The notes beneath the pieces are model-generated. The model searched no databases and was not told where the DNA came from. It saw only the letters and a list, made by a program, of their open reading frames with translations. Shown piece by piece: positions 49,695 through 60,011 of a stretch of 64,000 nt of DNA. A program made the translations under genes and the position numbers. Source of the DNA: Bacteroidota bacterium. Its GTDB lineage: Bacteria > Bacteroidota > Bacteroidia > Bacteroidales > JAAAOM01. Numbering within the stretch: the first letter of the stretch is position 1; each line of letters opens with the position of its first letter. The stretch spans positions 52,974 through 116,973 of the forward strand of contig JAAAOM010000011.1 in assembly GCA_009908855.1 (NCBI GenBank), in the 5' to 3' direction.

Positions 49695-50195
49695 ATGAAA
49701 AAGATACTTATTAGCCTGTTCGTAATAATACTGCTTTTCGGAGCCATCTATATTACGGGTATGGCATTACCCGAAAAACATTCGGTTACTGTAACGGATA
49801 CCATTCAGGCACCCGGCAATGAAGTTTATAAGCGTGTAAGAAATGTTTCGGAATATGATTTATGGCGAAAAAATCTTCGTGAGGTGAAAGTTTTTTCACC
49901 GAACGATTGGTTTGAAGTACATGCTGATGCGGATACCATTTTATATCGCATGACAATTCTGGAAGAAAAAAAGAAACTGCTCACCACCATTGAGTCGGAT
50001 CATTTACCTTTCGGGGGGCATTGGATTTTTGAGTTTACAACCCCGGATATGGAGTCTACAATATTGACCATTACGGAGAACGGGGAGGTATACAATCCTA
50101 TTTACCGCTTTGTCAGCCGATTTATCACCGGGTATGATGCTTCTATTAAAGAATACCTTATTAGTCTGAAACGATCTTTCGGGGACGTTGATTAA
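49695..50195 (+). CDS. SRPBCC-superfamily-like protein with N-terminal TM anchor
   Basis: 166 aa. The length and the beta-rich pattern after the TM helix resemble polyketide-cyclase/SRPBCC proteins. Confidence 0.5.
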   Translation: MKKILISLFVIILLFGAIYITGMALPEKHSVTVTDTIQAPGNEVYKRVRNVSEYDLWRKNLREVKVFSPNDWFEVHADADTILYRMTILEEKKKLLTTIESDHLPFGGHWIFEFTTPDMESTILTITENGEVYNPIYRFVSRFITGYDASIKEYLISLKRSFGDVD

Positions 50196-50289
50196 TATAA
50201 GAGCATCGTTATTGTGAGGGGATTAAACCACCTTTATTGAAAAACTCACTTGCCCTATAGCAAAACATCAATTATGGCCCATAAAACAG

Positions 50290-50341
50290 CCTGCTGAAGC
50301 AATCTCAATAAACAGTACGAACATGAGATTGCTTCAACAGG
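50290..50341. repeat. Long hairpin (18-bp stem, 1 mismatch) between convergent genes
   Basis: CCTGCTGAAGCAATCTCA (50290-50307) pairs with TGAGATTGCTTCAACAGG (50324-50341), with a 16-nt loop and no flanking T-run. Confidence 0.6.
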
Positions 50342-50412
50342 CCGGCATGTTACCCTGATTATATAATTTTAATATGGCTTACTCAATCTATGAACACATG
50401 CTGAGTGAGATG

Positions 50413-51447
50413 TTACATCGTAAAAAATAAGAATACATTTCCTGCAATGTAAAGCAAAAGTATCAATGTGCTTTCCCATCCAATTTTCGCAATACCTTGT
50501 TTTTGACGGTGTAACAGACCTAATATTAAAATACTGGTCATCAGGATAGAGAGTGTAACAATGAAAATCTGACTATCCGAAATGGCATGCAGAATACTTC
50601 CTTTTTTGTAAGCTACATCGGCAAATGAAACAAATAATACATCAAATGTATTACCGCCGATGATGTTACTTATCGCCAAAGTGAGCGCATTTTGACGCAC
50701 AGCAGCCACCGACACAATAAGTTCAGGCAACGATGTTGAAATGGCAGTAAATAATGTACCCACAAAAACTTCAGATAATCCGGTTTTTGTTGAAATAGCA
50801 ATGCCCGTTTGGGTGACGGCATAGCCGGCAGCCCCGACAAATAGCGTTTGTATGATAAACTGAATGATCAAACGTCTCAGACTCAGGTTTTGAATATTTT
50901 TCTTGTCAGGAATATCTCTCATTGTATCTACCGTAATTCGGGGGCGCCACATAGGATGATCTTTGGCATTAGTGATAAGTTTCGATCCGGCTAAATAGAA
51001 AGCAATAATAAGTAATGAAAAGGGATGGATATTGAATATACTTAGTTCTGGCCCTGTGATACCGATCAGCACAATAGACAATAAACAAATGAGCAGCAAT
51101 CCCTGCATTATATTGGTAAACGAAGCTGCCGCATGTTCCAGGTTCACTTTGGAATAGGTAATATCAGCAATGGATAAAAATACGGTTTGTGCCGCTATTC
51201 CACCTATGGCATTACTCATAGCCAGTTGAGGATAATTATGTGAAGCAGCAACCACGGATGTTATAATACCAGATAAAGAGGTAACCCCCCCTAAAAATAT
51301 AGCGCCAAATAAAGCTTCTCCCCAACCCGTTACATCAGCCAGCTGATCAGAAGTTCGGGCAAGCATGGTGCCGGCAACGCCAATTACCAGGGTTGAGATT
51401 ATGAATAAAATGATCGCTGTTGTTAATTCCATACTATCTCCAATCAA
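50413..51447 (-). CDS. Ca2+/Na+ antiporter family (CaCA, YrbG-like)
   Basis: 344 aa, multi-TM, with two alpha-repeat-like segments (GGVTSLSGI and STSLPELIVSV). The start may be Met6 (51432). Confidence 0.75.
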   Translation of the reverse strand: MIGDSMELTTAIILFIISTLVIGVAGTMLARTSDQLADVTGWGEALFGAIFLGGVTSLSGIITSVVAASHNYPQLAMSNAIGGIAAQTVFLSIADITYSKVNLEHAAASFTNIMQGLLLICLLSIVLIGITGPELSIFNIHPFSLLIIAFYLAGSKLITNAKDHPMWRPRITVDTMRDIPDKKNIQNLSLRRLIIQFIIQTLFVGAAGYAVTQTGIAISTKTGLSEVFVGTLFTAISTSLPELIVSVAAVRQNALTLAISNIIGGNTFDVLFVSFADVAYKKGSILHAISDSQIFIVTLSILMTSILILGLLHRQKQGIAKIGWESTLILLLYIAGNVFLFFTM

Positions 51448-51575
51448 ATCATTTCCAATAGTTTACTAACACTTTTGACATAACCAACGATCCTCCCTGA
51501 ACAATAGTTCATTCTGCATGCCTTAACGATTGATCTTCAGGGAATAATTATTATATAAGTTATATTAAATCTTAA

Positions 51576-53273
<1,698 letters not shown>

Positions 53274-53322
53274 ACTGAATGCGAGGCATTCTTCTTACAT
53301 GAAACAAGCAAGATGACTCTTC

Positions 53323-53338
53323 TACGGTAAATTTACCG
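53323..53338. terminator. Short palindrome ACGGTAAATTTACCGT between convergent genes (possible bidirectional terminator)
   Basis: Perfect 16-bp palindrome followed by TTT. The stem is short and AT-rich. Confidence 0.3.
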
Positions 53339-53349
53339 TTTGGAAGCAT

Positions 53350-54594
53350 CTATTGTTTTCCATGATTTTTATTTTGTGAACGGGATTTATTCTTAGGGTG
53401 GTTTTTCTTATTGTAATTTTTTCTTTTTCCCCTGTTCTGATTGGGCATTTCCCACTCCGGCCCTTCACCCAATTCCGGAGGTAATGGGATTTTCATTACT
53501 TCGGCTTCAATCAGTTTCTCGATGCGATGAAATTTATAGATATCATCCTTATTCACAAAAGTTAAGCCCACACCGGTTGTTGATGCCCGCGCTGTTCGTC
53601 CGATACGGTGAACATAATCTTCCGCATCACCCGGCACATCGTAATTGATTACCAGATTAATATCCTGAATATCAATACCACGACTTAGCACGTCCGTTGC
53701 AACCAGCACTCGTGTATTTTTGGCTTTAAACCGGTTCAATACTTCTTCTCTTTCATCCTGTTCCAAGTCAGAGGACATGGCTTCTACAGTGAAGTCATTT
53801 CGTTTTAAGTCCCGCACAATTTGGGCTACTTTTCTTTTGGTTGAGCTAAATATGAGAATGGATTTATAATCCGGCTTATCACTAATAAGCTTATTAATGA
53901 GTTCGTTTTTTTGTTGGTCATGAATTAAATAGGCAGCCTGCAGCGCACCCTCCGCTGGTTTCGATACGGCTATACTTATTTCAACCGGATTGGTTAATAT
54001 TTTGTTGGCAAATGTTTTGATTTTGGGCGGCATGGTTGCACTGAACAGCAAGGTTTGTCTTTGCTTGGGAACATAAGAGATGATTTTCATAATATCATCA
54101 TGAAAACCAATATCTAACATCCGGTCGGCCTCGTCCAAAATCAGGTACTTGATTTCATCGAGCTTGGCGTATCCCATGTTCAGATGGGATATTAATTTTC
54201 CCGGGGTGGCGATAATAACATTGCAGCCCGATTTTAATGCCCGGCGTTGTGCTTCCCAGTCATCTCCCTGTCCGCCTCCCACAATCGATGCGGATGTAAT
54301 ACCTGCCATATAACCGATGCCTTGCACCTGTTGGTCTATTTGCAAAGCCAATTCACGTGTCGGAACAATTATTAAAGCATCTGTTTTGTTGCTTTTATGG
54401 GTCATTAACTGATCCAGCAGTGGCAATAAAAAGGCAGCTGTTTTGCCAGTTCCGGTTTGTGCACAGGCTATTAAATCGTTTCCTTTCAGTATTTCAGGAA
54501 TGGCTTTTTCCTGTATCGGGGTAGAATCCTCAAATCCCATATAAGAAATAGATTCAAGCAATTCATCCTGCAAATCAAATTCGGTAAATTTCAT
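53350..54594 (-). CDS. rhlE: DEAD-box ATP-dependent RNA helicase (RhlE-like)
   Basis: Q-motif, AQTGTGKT, DEAD, SAT and HRIGRTAR motifs. Basic C-terminal tail. Confidence 0.93.
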   Translation of the reverse strand: MKFTEFDLQDELLESISYMGFEDSTPIQEKAIPEILKGNDLIACAQTGTGKTAAFLLPLLDQLMTHKSNKTDALIIVPTRELALQIDQQVQGIGYMAGITSASIVGGGQGDDWEAQRRALKSGCNVIIATPGKLISHLNMGYAKLDEIKYLILDEADRMLDIGFHDDIMKIISYVPKQRQTLLFSATMPPKIKTFANKILTNPVEISIAVSKPAEGALQAAYLIHDQQKNELINKLISDKPDYKSILIFSSTKRKVAQIVRDLKRNDFTVEAMSSDLEQDEREEVLNRFKAKNTRVLVATDVLSRGIDIQDINLVINYDVPGDAEDYVHRIGRTARASTTGVGLTFVNKDDIYKFHRIEKLIEAEVMKIPLPPELGEGPEWEMPNQNRGKRKNYNKKNHPKNKSRSQNKNHGKQ

Positions 54595-54935
54595 GAAATA
54601 ATCGTGTATCTTCTTTTCAATAAAAATTATTACAAAAATAATGTAAAGTTGGTGGCCATGGTCAGGTGTTAATAAAACTTTATGAACAGATGGTTGGGTA
54701 AACGATCATTATGCATCGATCCATAGTCACTTTCTGGTTTTATGGCTTCTTTTGCGTGTCGCAATTTCAATATAATTCCTGTTAATCATAGAAAAATATA
54801 ACCCAAGATTGGTTTTGTTAACAGTCCAAAAACAATAAACGTTTGAAGTAACCATAAAGTTTGAATAAATTTGACTGAATTTTTGATATGTCTAAGTTTC
54901 GATGTAAAATTGTTAAAAATAAATTCCAAAAAATC

Positions 54936-55517
54936 ATGAAAAAAATACTCAGTCTTTCTCTGGTCGTGCTAATGATGGCAGGATGTTATAATTCCCGTAA
55001 GGTTTCACGGGTGGATCCGGATAAAACAATTGATTTAAGTGGTCGCTGGAATGATACCGATTCTCGTTTGGTAGCCGAAGAAATGGTGCGTGATGGCTTG
55101 TCCCGACCGTGGTTGGAGCGATTTACCGAAAAAGCTGGTGAACGTCCGGTTGTAATTGTGGGGGATATTAAGAACAAGACAAGCGAACATATCAGTACCG
55201 AAACATTTATTAACGATATCGAAAGGGAATTTATAAATTCCGGTCAGGTACGTGTTGTTCAGGGTGGTGAAGACCGCGAGCAGATGCGGCAGGAACGTGC
55301 CGATCAGCAGGAGTATGCGTCTCAGCAAACTATGAACCAGTGGGGGCGAGAAATGGGCGCTGATTTTATGATGACTGGTTCGGTAAATTCGGTAACTGAT
55401 CAGTATGGAAAAGATAAGGTGGTGCTCTACCAGGTCGATCTTGAGCTATCCGATTTGGAGACCAATGAAAAAGTGTGGATTGGAAATAAGAAGATTAAAA
55501 AGACTATTCAGGATTAG
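54936..55517 (+). CDS. lpoB: LpoB-like lipoprotein (penicillin-binding protein activator family)
   Basis: Start at ATG 54936 gives the signal peptide MKKILSLSLVVLMMAGC. The pattern W..TDS..VAEEMV...VVIVGDIKNKT...ADFMMTG...L.L.D.ET.E.VW matches the LpoB fold family as I remember it. Confidence 0.65.
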   Translation: MKKILSLSLVVLMMAGCYNSRKVSRVDPDKTIDLSGRWNDTDSRLVAEEMVRDGLSRPWLERFTEKAGERPVVIVGDIKNKTSEHISTETFINDIEREFINSGQVRVVQGGEDREQMRQERADQQEYASQQTMNQWGREMGADFMMTGSVNSVTDQYGKDKVVLYQVDLELSDLETNEKVWIGNKKIKKTIQD

Positions 55518-55533
55518 TGTGGTGAGAAGGGGG

Positions 55534-55967
55534 AGTGGGGAGTGAGGAGTGGACAGTGGGCAGTAAGCAGTAAGCAGTAAGCAGTGAACAGTAAGTAGTG
55601 GGGAGTGAGGAGTGTACAGTAAGTAGTGAACAGTAAGTAGTGGGCAGTGAGGAGTGGACAGTAAGTAGTGAACAGTGAGCAGTAAACAGTAAGTAGTGGG
55701 GAGTGAGGAGTGTACAGTAAGTAGTGAACAGTAAGTAGTGGGCAGTGGGCAGTAAACAGTAAGTAGTGGACAGTGAGCAGTAAACAGTAAGTAGTGAGCA
55801 GTGGGCAGTAAATAGTGAACAGTGAACAGTAAGTAGTGAACAGTAAGTAGTGAACAGTGGGCAGTAAACAGTGAGGAGTGGACAGTAAGTAGTGAACAGT
55901 GAGCAGTGGGCAGTAAATAGTGAACAGTAAGTAGTGAACAGTGTACAGTAAATTGTGATCAGTATGG
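55534..55967 (+). repeat. Tandem heptanucleotide array, 62 units of AGTRRRN, strictly in phase
   Basis: Counted by hand: 434 bp = 62 x 7 with no indel, and 60/62 units start with AGT. Unit counts are AGTAAGT x13, AGTGAAC x11, AGTGGGC x7, AGTGAGG x5; AGTAAAC, AGTGAGC and AGTGGAC x4 each; AGTGGGG, AGTGTAC, AGTAAGC and AGTAAAT x3 each. 16 nt of degenerate repeat precede it (55518-55533). The last unit, AGTATGG, holds the downstream ATG. Confidence 0.97.
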
Positions 55968-56368
55968 AAAAGAAATTGGGTTATGCGGGTAGTTTTAAGG
56001 AATTGGAAGTGTATAAGCAGACACGGGAATTGGCGAGGATTATTTTTGAATTGACAAAGACTTTTCCTAAAGAGGAGAAATACTCACTGACTGATCAGAT
56101 AAGAAGATCCTCACGTTCAGTTGGAGCACAGATTGCTGAAAGTTGGGGTAAAAGAAGGTATGAGAAACACTTTATTTCAAAAATGACTGATGCGGATGCT
56201 GAACAATACGAAACGCAACATTGGATAGAGGTAGCTTACGAAAACCGGTATATTGATCAAAATACAAAGCTGGAATTAATTGATAAGTGTGAAGGGATTG
56301 GAAAAATGATTGGATCAATAATCGATAAATCTTTTCAATTCTGTAAGAAGTATAAAACTGTCTCATGA
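55964..56368 (+). CDS. Four-helix-bundle protein (23S rRNA intervening-sequence protein family; DGR Avd-like)
   Basis: 134 aa from ATG 55964. F.ELEVYKQ...LA..I...T..FPKEEKYSLTDQIRRSSRSVGAQIAE.W.... and E.Q.WIE.A is the hallmark pattern of this family. Confidence 0.88.
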   Translation: MEKKLGYAGSFKELEVYKQTRELARIIFELTKTFPKEEKYSLTDQIRRSSRSVGAQIAESWGKRRYEKHFISKMTDADAEQYETQHWIEVAYENRYIDQNTKLELIDKCEGIGKMIGSIIDKSFQFCKKYKTVS

Positions 56369-56488
56369 TCCTGAACATCAATGTACCTGGTAAAAATATT
56401 CCACTCAACGGTCATGGCTTATTGCTCACTTTTACTATTTACCTCAATTAAGAAACATCATGTTAATGTATACGCAAAACACATATAA

Positions 56489-57898
56489 ATGCTGAAATCC
56501 CATACCATCAAACTAGTTTTTCTTTGGGTTTTATTGTTCGTAGTTTTTGGTTGTGCGACTTATTACACCAAAAATCTGGAGTTCCAACAGCAGTTTGCCA
56601 CTGGTAATATTGAAGAAGCCGATAATACTCTCGAGAAACTGGAGAAAAAGGTAAAAGACAAAGATCGGATTTTGTATTACCTTAAAAAAGGAGTGGTGGA
56701 GCAAATGCTGGGTAATTACGAGAAGAGCAATGAGGTTTTTGAACAAGCCTATTTTTATTTTGAGGACTACCGAAAAAAGCTGGCTACGGAAGCCTTGAGC
56801 TTAATCACCAATCCGGCCATAAAACCATACAAGGGAGAAGATCACGAAATTGTACTTCTTCATTATTATAAATCCATCAACTTTATTATGATGGGTCGGT
56901 ATGACGATGCCCTTGTTGAGTGTCGTCGTCTGAATAACAAACTCAATGCGTTGCAGGACAGGTATGAATATAAGAATTATCGTTATAAATCTGATGCCTT
57001 TGTCAATAACCTTATGGGTATCATCTACGAGGCTAACCGTGATGTTAACAATGCCTTTATAGCTTACCGGAATGCTTACAATACATACAAAAATGTGTAT
57101 GCCCCCAATTATAACGTATCGGTTCCACACCAGTTAAAAGAGGATTTATTACGAACGGCCTATCTCAATGGATTCAGAGAAGAGCTGCGCCAGTATGAGA
57201 AAGCGTTCAGCATGAACTATGAACCGCCGGAAAATAAAAACACGGGAGATTTTGTGTTTTTTTGGCACAATGGACTTGGACCGGTTAAAGATGAATGGAG
57301 TATTAATTTTGCCATCCAGCGTGGACAGGGTGGAACGGTAATGTTTGTAAACGATGAGCTCGGATTAAGTTTCCCGTTTGTGCTTTCAGGTGATGGTAGC
57401 GGATCGTTAAGTGATTTGAAATTTATAAGGGTAGCATTTCCTAAATATGTTGAGCGCAAACCGATCTTTAATAGCGCCTATCTCAATATCGACAATAAAA
57501 AGGTACAATTGGACAGGGCGCAGGATATAAATCAGATCGCCTTTAAATCACTTGAGGACCGAATGTTGCGTGAGTTAGGAACATCATTGTTACGCCTGGC
57601 CCTAAAACAGGCTGCTGAGGCTCAGGTGCGAAAAGAAAATCAAAACCTCGGAATGTTGGTATCAATCATGAATGCAGTAACCGAAAAAGCCGATACCAGA
57701 AACTGGCAGACATTACCTTATTCAATATGGTACACAAGGATTCGATTACCAGAAGGCGACCACAGGGTGCGATTGAATACGCGCGAACCCGGTCAGGTGA
57801 ATGAGGCAGCCAATTTGAATGTAAATATTCGCAACAACCATACTACATTTTATTTATACCATAGCCTGGAAAGCTATGCACCCAATATTTCTCAGTAA
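56489..57898 (+). CDS. Large TPR-like lipoprotein (hypothetical; likely functional partner of the LpoB-like gene)
   Basis: 469 aa. Lipobox VVFGC and N-terminal TPR-like helices (LYYLKKGVVEQMLGNYEKSNEVFEQA). Confidence 0.75.
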   Translation: MLKSHTIKLVFLWVLLFVVFGCATYYTKNLEFQQQFATGNIEEADNTLEKLEKKVKDKDRILYYLKKGVVEQMLGNYEKSNEVFEQAYFYFEDYRKKLATEALSLITNPAIKPYKGEDHEIVLLHYYKSINFIMMGRYDDALVECRRLNNKLNALQDRYEYKNYRYKSDAFVNNLMGIIYEANRDVNNAFIAYRNAYNTYKNVYAPNYNVSVPHQLKEDLLRTAYLNGFREELRQYEKAFSMNYEPPENKNTGDFVFFWHNGLGPVKDEWSINFAIQRGQGGTVMFVNDELGLSFPFVLSGDGSGSLSDLKFIRVAFPKYVERKPIFNSAYLNIDNKKVQLDRAQDINQIAFKSLEDRMLRELGTSLLRLALKQAAEAQVRKENQNLGMLVSIMNAVTEKADTRNWQTLPYSIWYTRIRLPEGDHRVRLNTREPGQVNEAANLNVNIRNNHTTFYLYHSLESYAPNISQ

Positions 57899-58022
57899 GC
57901 AATAAAGGTTTAGTAGTCAGCACGATGACGGCTTTGTTTTAAACAATCACGACCATAAATTGCAGATAACCTGTGATATCACTAATTTTGTGCACGCAAC
58001 CAAACCAGTTTATTGAACGCAC

Positions 58023-60011
58023 ATGGAATTGGATATACTACGTGACATTGTAATCATATTTGCCCTCTCCACGCTTGTTAATTTTATTTTTACCAAAATA
58101 AAAGTACCCACAATAATCGGTTACCTGCTTACGGGAATAGTAGCAGGCCCTTATCTCTTCGGTATTATACATGCTCCTCATCAAATTGAGCTGATGGCAG
58201 AGATTGGCGTAATTTTGCTGATGTTCACCATTGGTTTAGAATTTTCTCTGAAGCATTTGTTACGTATTCGGAGGATTGTTTTTCTGGGTGGTTTTCTGCA
58301 ATTGATACTCACGGCATTTATTACCCTGTTTATTGCCAAAGGATATGGCATGGAATGGAAAAATGCCCTGTTCATGGGGTTTATAACAGCATTGAGCAGT
58401 ACAGCCGTCGTATTAAAGTTGCTGCAGGAACGCTCTGAAATTACCTCAAATTATGGTCGTACAGTATTAGGGATACTTATTTTTCAGGACGTGATACTGG
58501 TTCCTTTATTGCTTTTTACACCCATTTTAGGTGGCGAATCGGCTGATATGGCATCGGAATTTTTATGGTTGGGTGTCAAGGCCATAGGCATAATGGGATT
58601 TGTTTATGTTGGAAATAAATGGCTTATGCCCAAATTGTTACACTGGATTGCGCTGACCAAAAATCAGGAATTATTTTTAATGAGTATATTACTAATTTGC
58701 CTGTCCGTTGCGCTATTAACCTCTAAACTGGGTATGTCGCTGGCTTTTGGTGCATTCCTGGCCGGACTTATGATTTCCGAATCCAATTACAGTCACAATG
58801 CCTTTGGACACTTAATTCCATTTAAAGATACATTTACCAGTTTCTTTTTTGTATCCATCGGTTTATTGCTGGATGTTAGCTATGTGATTGACAACTGGTT
58901 GCTGGTATTGAGTACCGTGGCTATTGTGCTGGTAGTAAAGACTATCATCGCCGGTGGTACAGCCTTTATACTGGGGCATACCTTTAAAGGAACGATGATG
59001 GTTGGCCTGGCGCTCAGTCAGGTGGGTGAGTTCTCATTTATCCTGGCCAAGCTGGGAGTTGATTACAATTTACTATCCGGTCATTTTTACCAGTTGTTTT
59101 TAGCAGTGGCTATTATTACCATGTCACTCTCGCCGTTTTTAATAACAGTGGCGCCCAGGGTAGCCAATTTATTTCTAAGGCTACCATTGCCGCAGTCGGT
59201 TGTGGAAGGATTATTTCCATTAAAGCAAGTTGAAATACCGATTATGAAAAATCACCTGGTATTGATCGGCAAGGACTCTCGTGCGCTAAACCTTTCACGC
59301 ATGGCCCAACATATTAAATTACCACATGCCTCTATTGTATTTGATCCGGCTCTTGCCCGAAAAAGGCAGGAACAAGGTGATACCGTTGTTTATGGCGATG
59401 CGGTGAATGAGCCGATTCTTGAAAAGGCTCATGTGGAACATGCCGAAACAGTGGTGATTTCTATTGGCGATCTAATAACGGCTATGGCTGTTGTTGAAAA
59501 GGTGAGACTTATGAACAAGCATGCATTCATCATTGTGCGAACCAAACATGTGCATGAAATTAATGAGTTGTATAAACTAGGTGCTAACCAAGTAATTCCC
59601 GAGGAGTTTGAAACCGCTATTGACCTGTTTGAGCGTGTATTGAAAAAATTGTTGCTGCCCAAAGGTGAGATTGAACGTATAGCTGCCCATATACGCGATG
59701 ATCATTATGGCATATTCAGAGAGGAAATTGAAAAATCATCTGATGATGTTTTCAATGAATTACCCAATATCGATATTAGTGCAGTACGCATTGAAGATCA
59801 ATCATTTTTAATTGAAAAAACCTTGCGTGAAATGAATTTTAGAAAAACTTTTGGTGTAACATTGGTTGCCGTTAAACGCGATGACAGAATCATTGAACAT
59901 CCTGATTCACGAATGAAGTTTAAACAGGGGGATGTGGCATATATCCTCGGTAAACCAGACCAGATTGCCAATGCCACCGAATTATTCAGCAGGGCAGAGA
60001 TTGAGAATTAA
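58023..60011 (+). CDS. CPA2-family cation:proton antiporter with RCK (TrkA-N / TrkA-C) domains
   Basis: 662 aa. Na_H exchanger TM domain, then a Rossmann-like LVLIGKDSRA region and a C-terminal TrkA-C-like segment. Confidence 0.85.
   Translation: MELDILRDIVIIFALSTLVNFIFTKIKVPTIIGYLLTGIVAGPYLFGIIHAPHQIELMAEIGVILLMFTIGLEFSLKHLLRIRRIVFLGGFLQLILTAFITLFIAKGYGMEWKNALFMGFITALSSTAVVLKLLQERSEITSNYGRTVLGILIFQDVILVPLLLFTPILGGESADMASEFLWLGVKAIGIMGFVYVGNKWLMPKLLHWIALTKNQELFLMSILLICLSVALLTSKLGMSLAFGAFLAGLMISESNYSHNAFGHLIPFKDTFTSFFFVSIGLLLDVSYVIDNWLLVLSTVAIVLVVKTIIAGGTAFILGHTFKGTMMVGLALSQVGEFSFILAKLGVDYNLLSGHFYQLFLAVAIITMSLSPFLITVAPRVANLFLRLPLPQSVVEGLFPLKQVEIPIMKNHLVLIGKDSRALNLSRMAQHIKLPHASIVFDPALARKRQEQGDTVVYGDAVNEPILEKAHVEHAETVVISIGDLITAMAVVEKVRLMNKHAFIIVRTKHVHEINELYKLGANQVIPEEFETAIDLFERVLKKLLLPKGEIERIAAHIRDDHYGIFREEIEKSSDDVFNELPNIDISAVRIEDQSFLIEKTLREMNFRKTFGVTLVAVKRDDRIIEHPDSRMKFKQGDVAYILGKPDQIANATELFSRAEIEN

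Noticed and set aside
55534-55953. Minus-strand open reading frames across the heptad array (all three frames lack stops)
   Set aside because: The openness is a compositional by-product of the repeat. No ATG/GTG/TTG start occurs in the regular units, and the product would be a meaningless periodic peptide.
55518-55967. Possible CRISPR array
   Set aside because: The period is 7 nt with no unique spacers and no repeat of CRISPR length. No cas genes are in the window.
56418-56446. Inverted degenerate heptads downstream of the four-helix-bundle gene as a defined terminal inverted repeat
   Set aside because: The similarity is weak (spacing of 6 and 7 nt, only 3-4 units). It is mentioned within a finding but not called as a feature.
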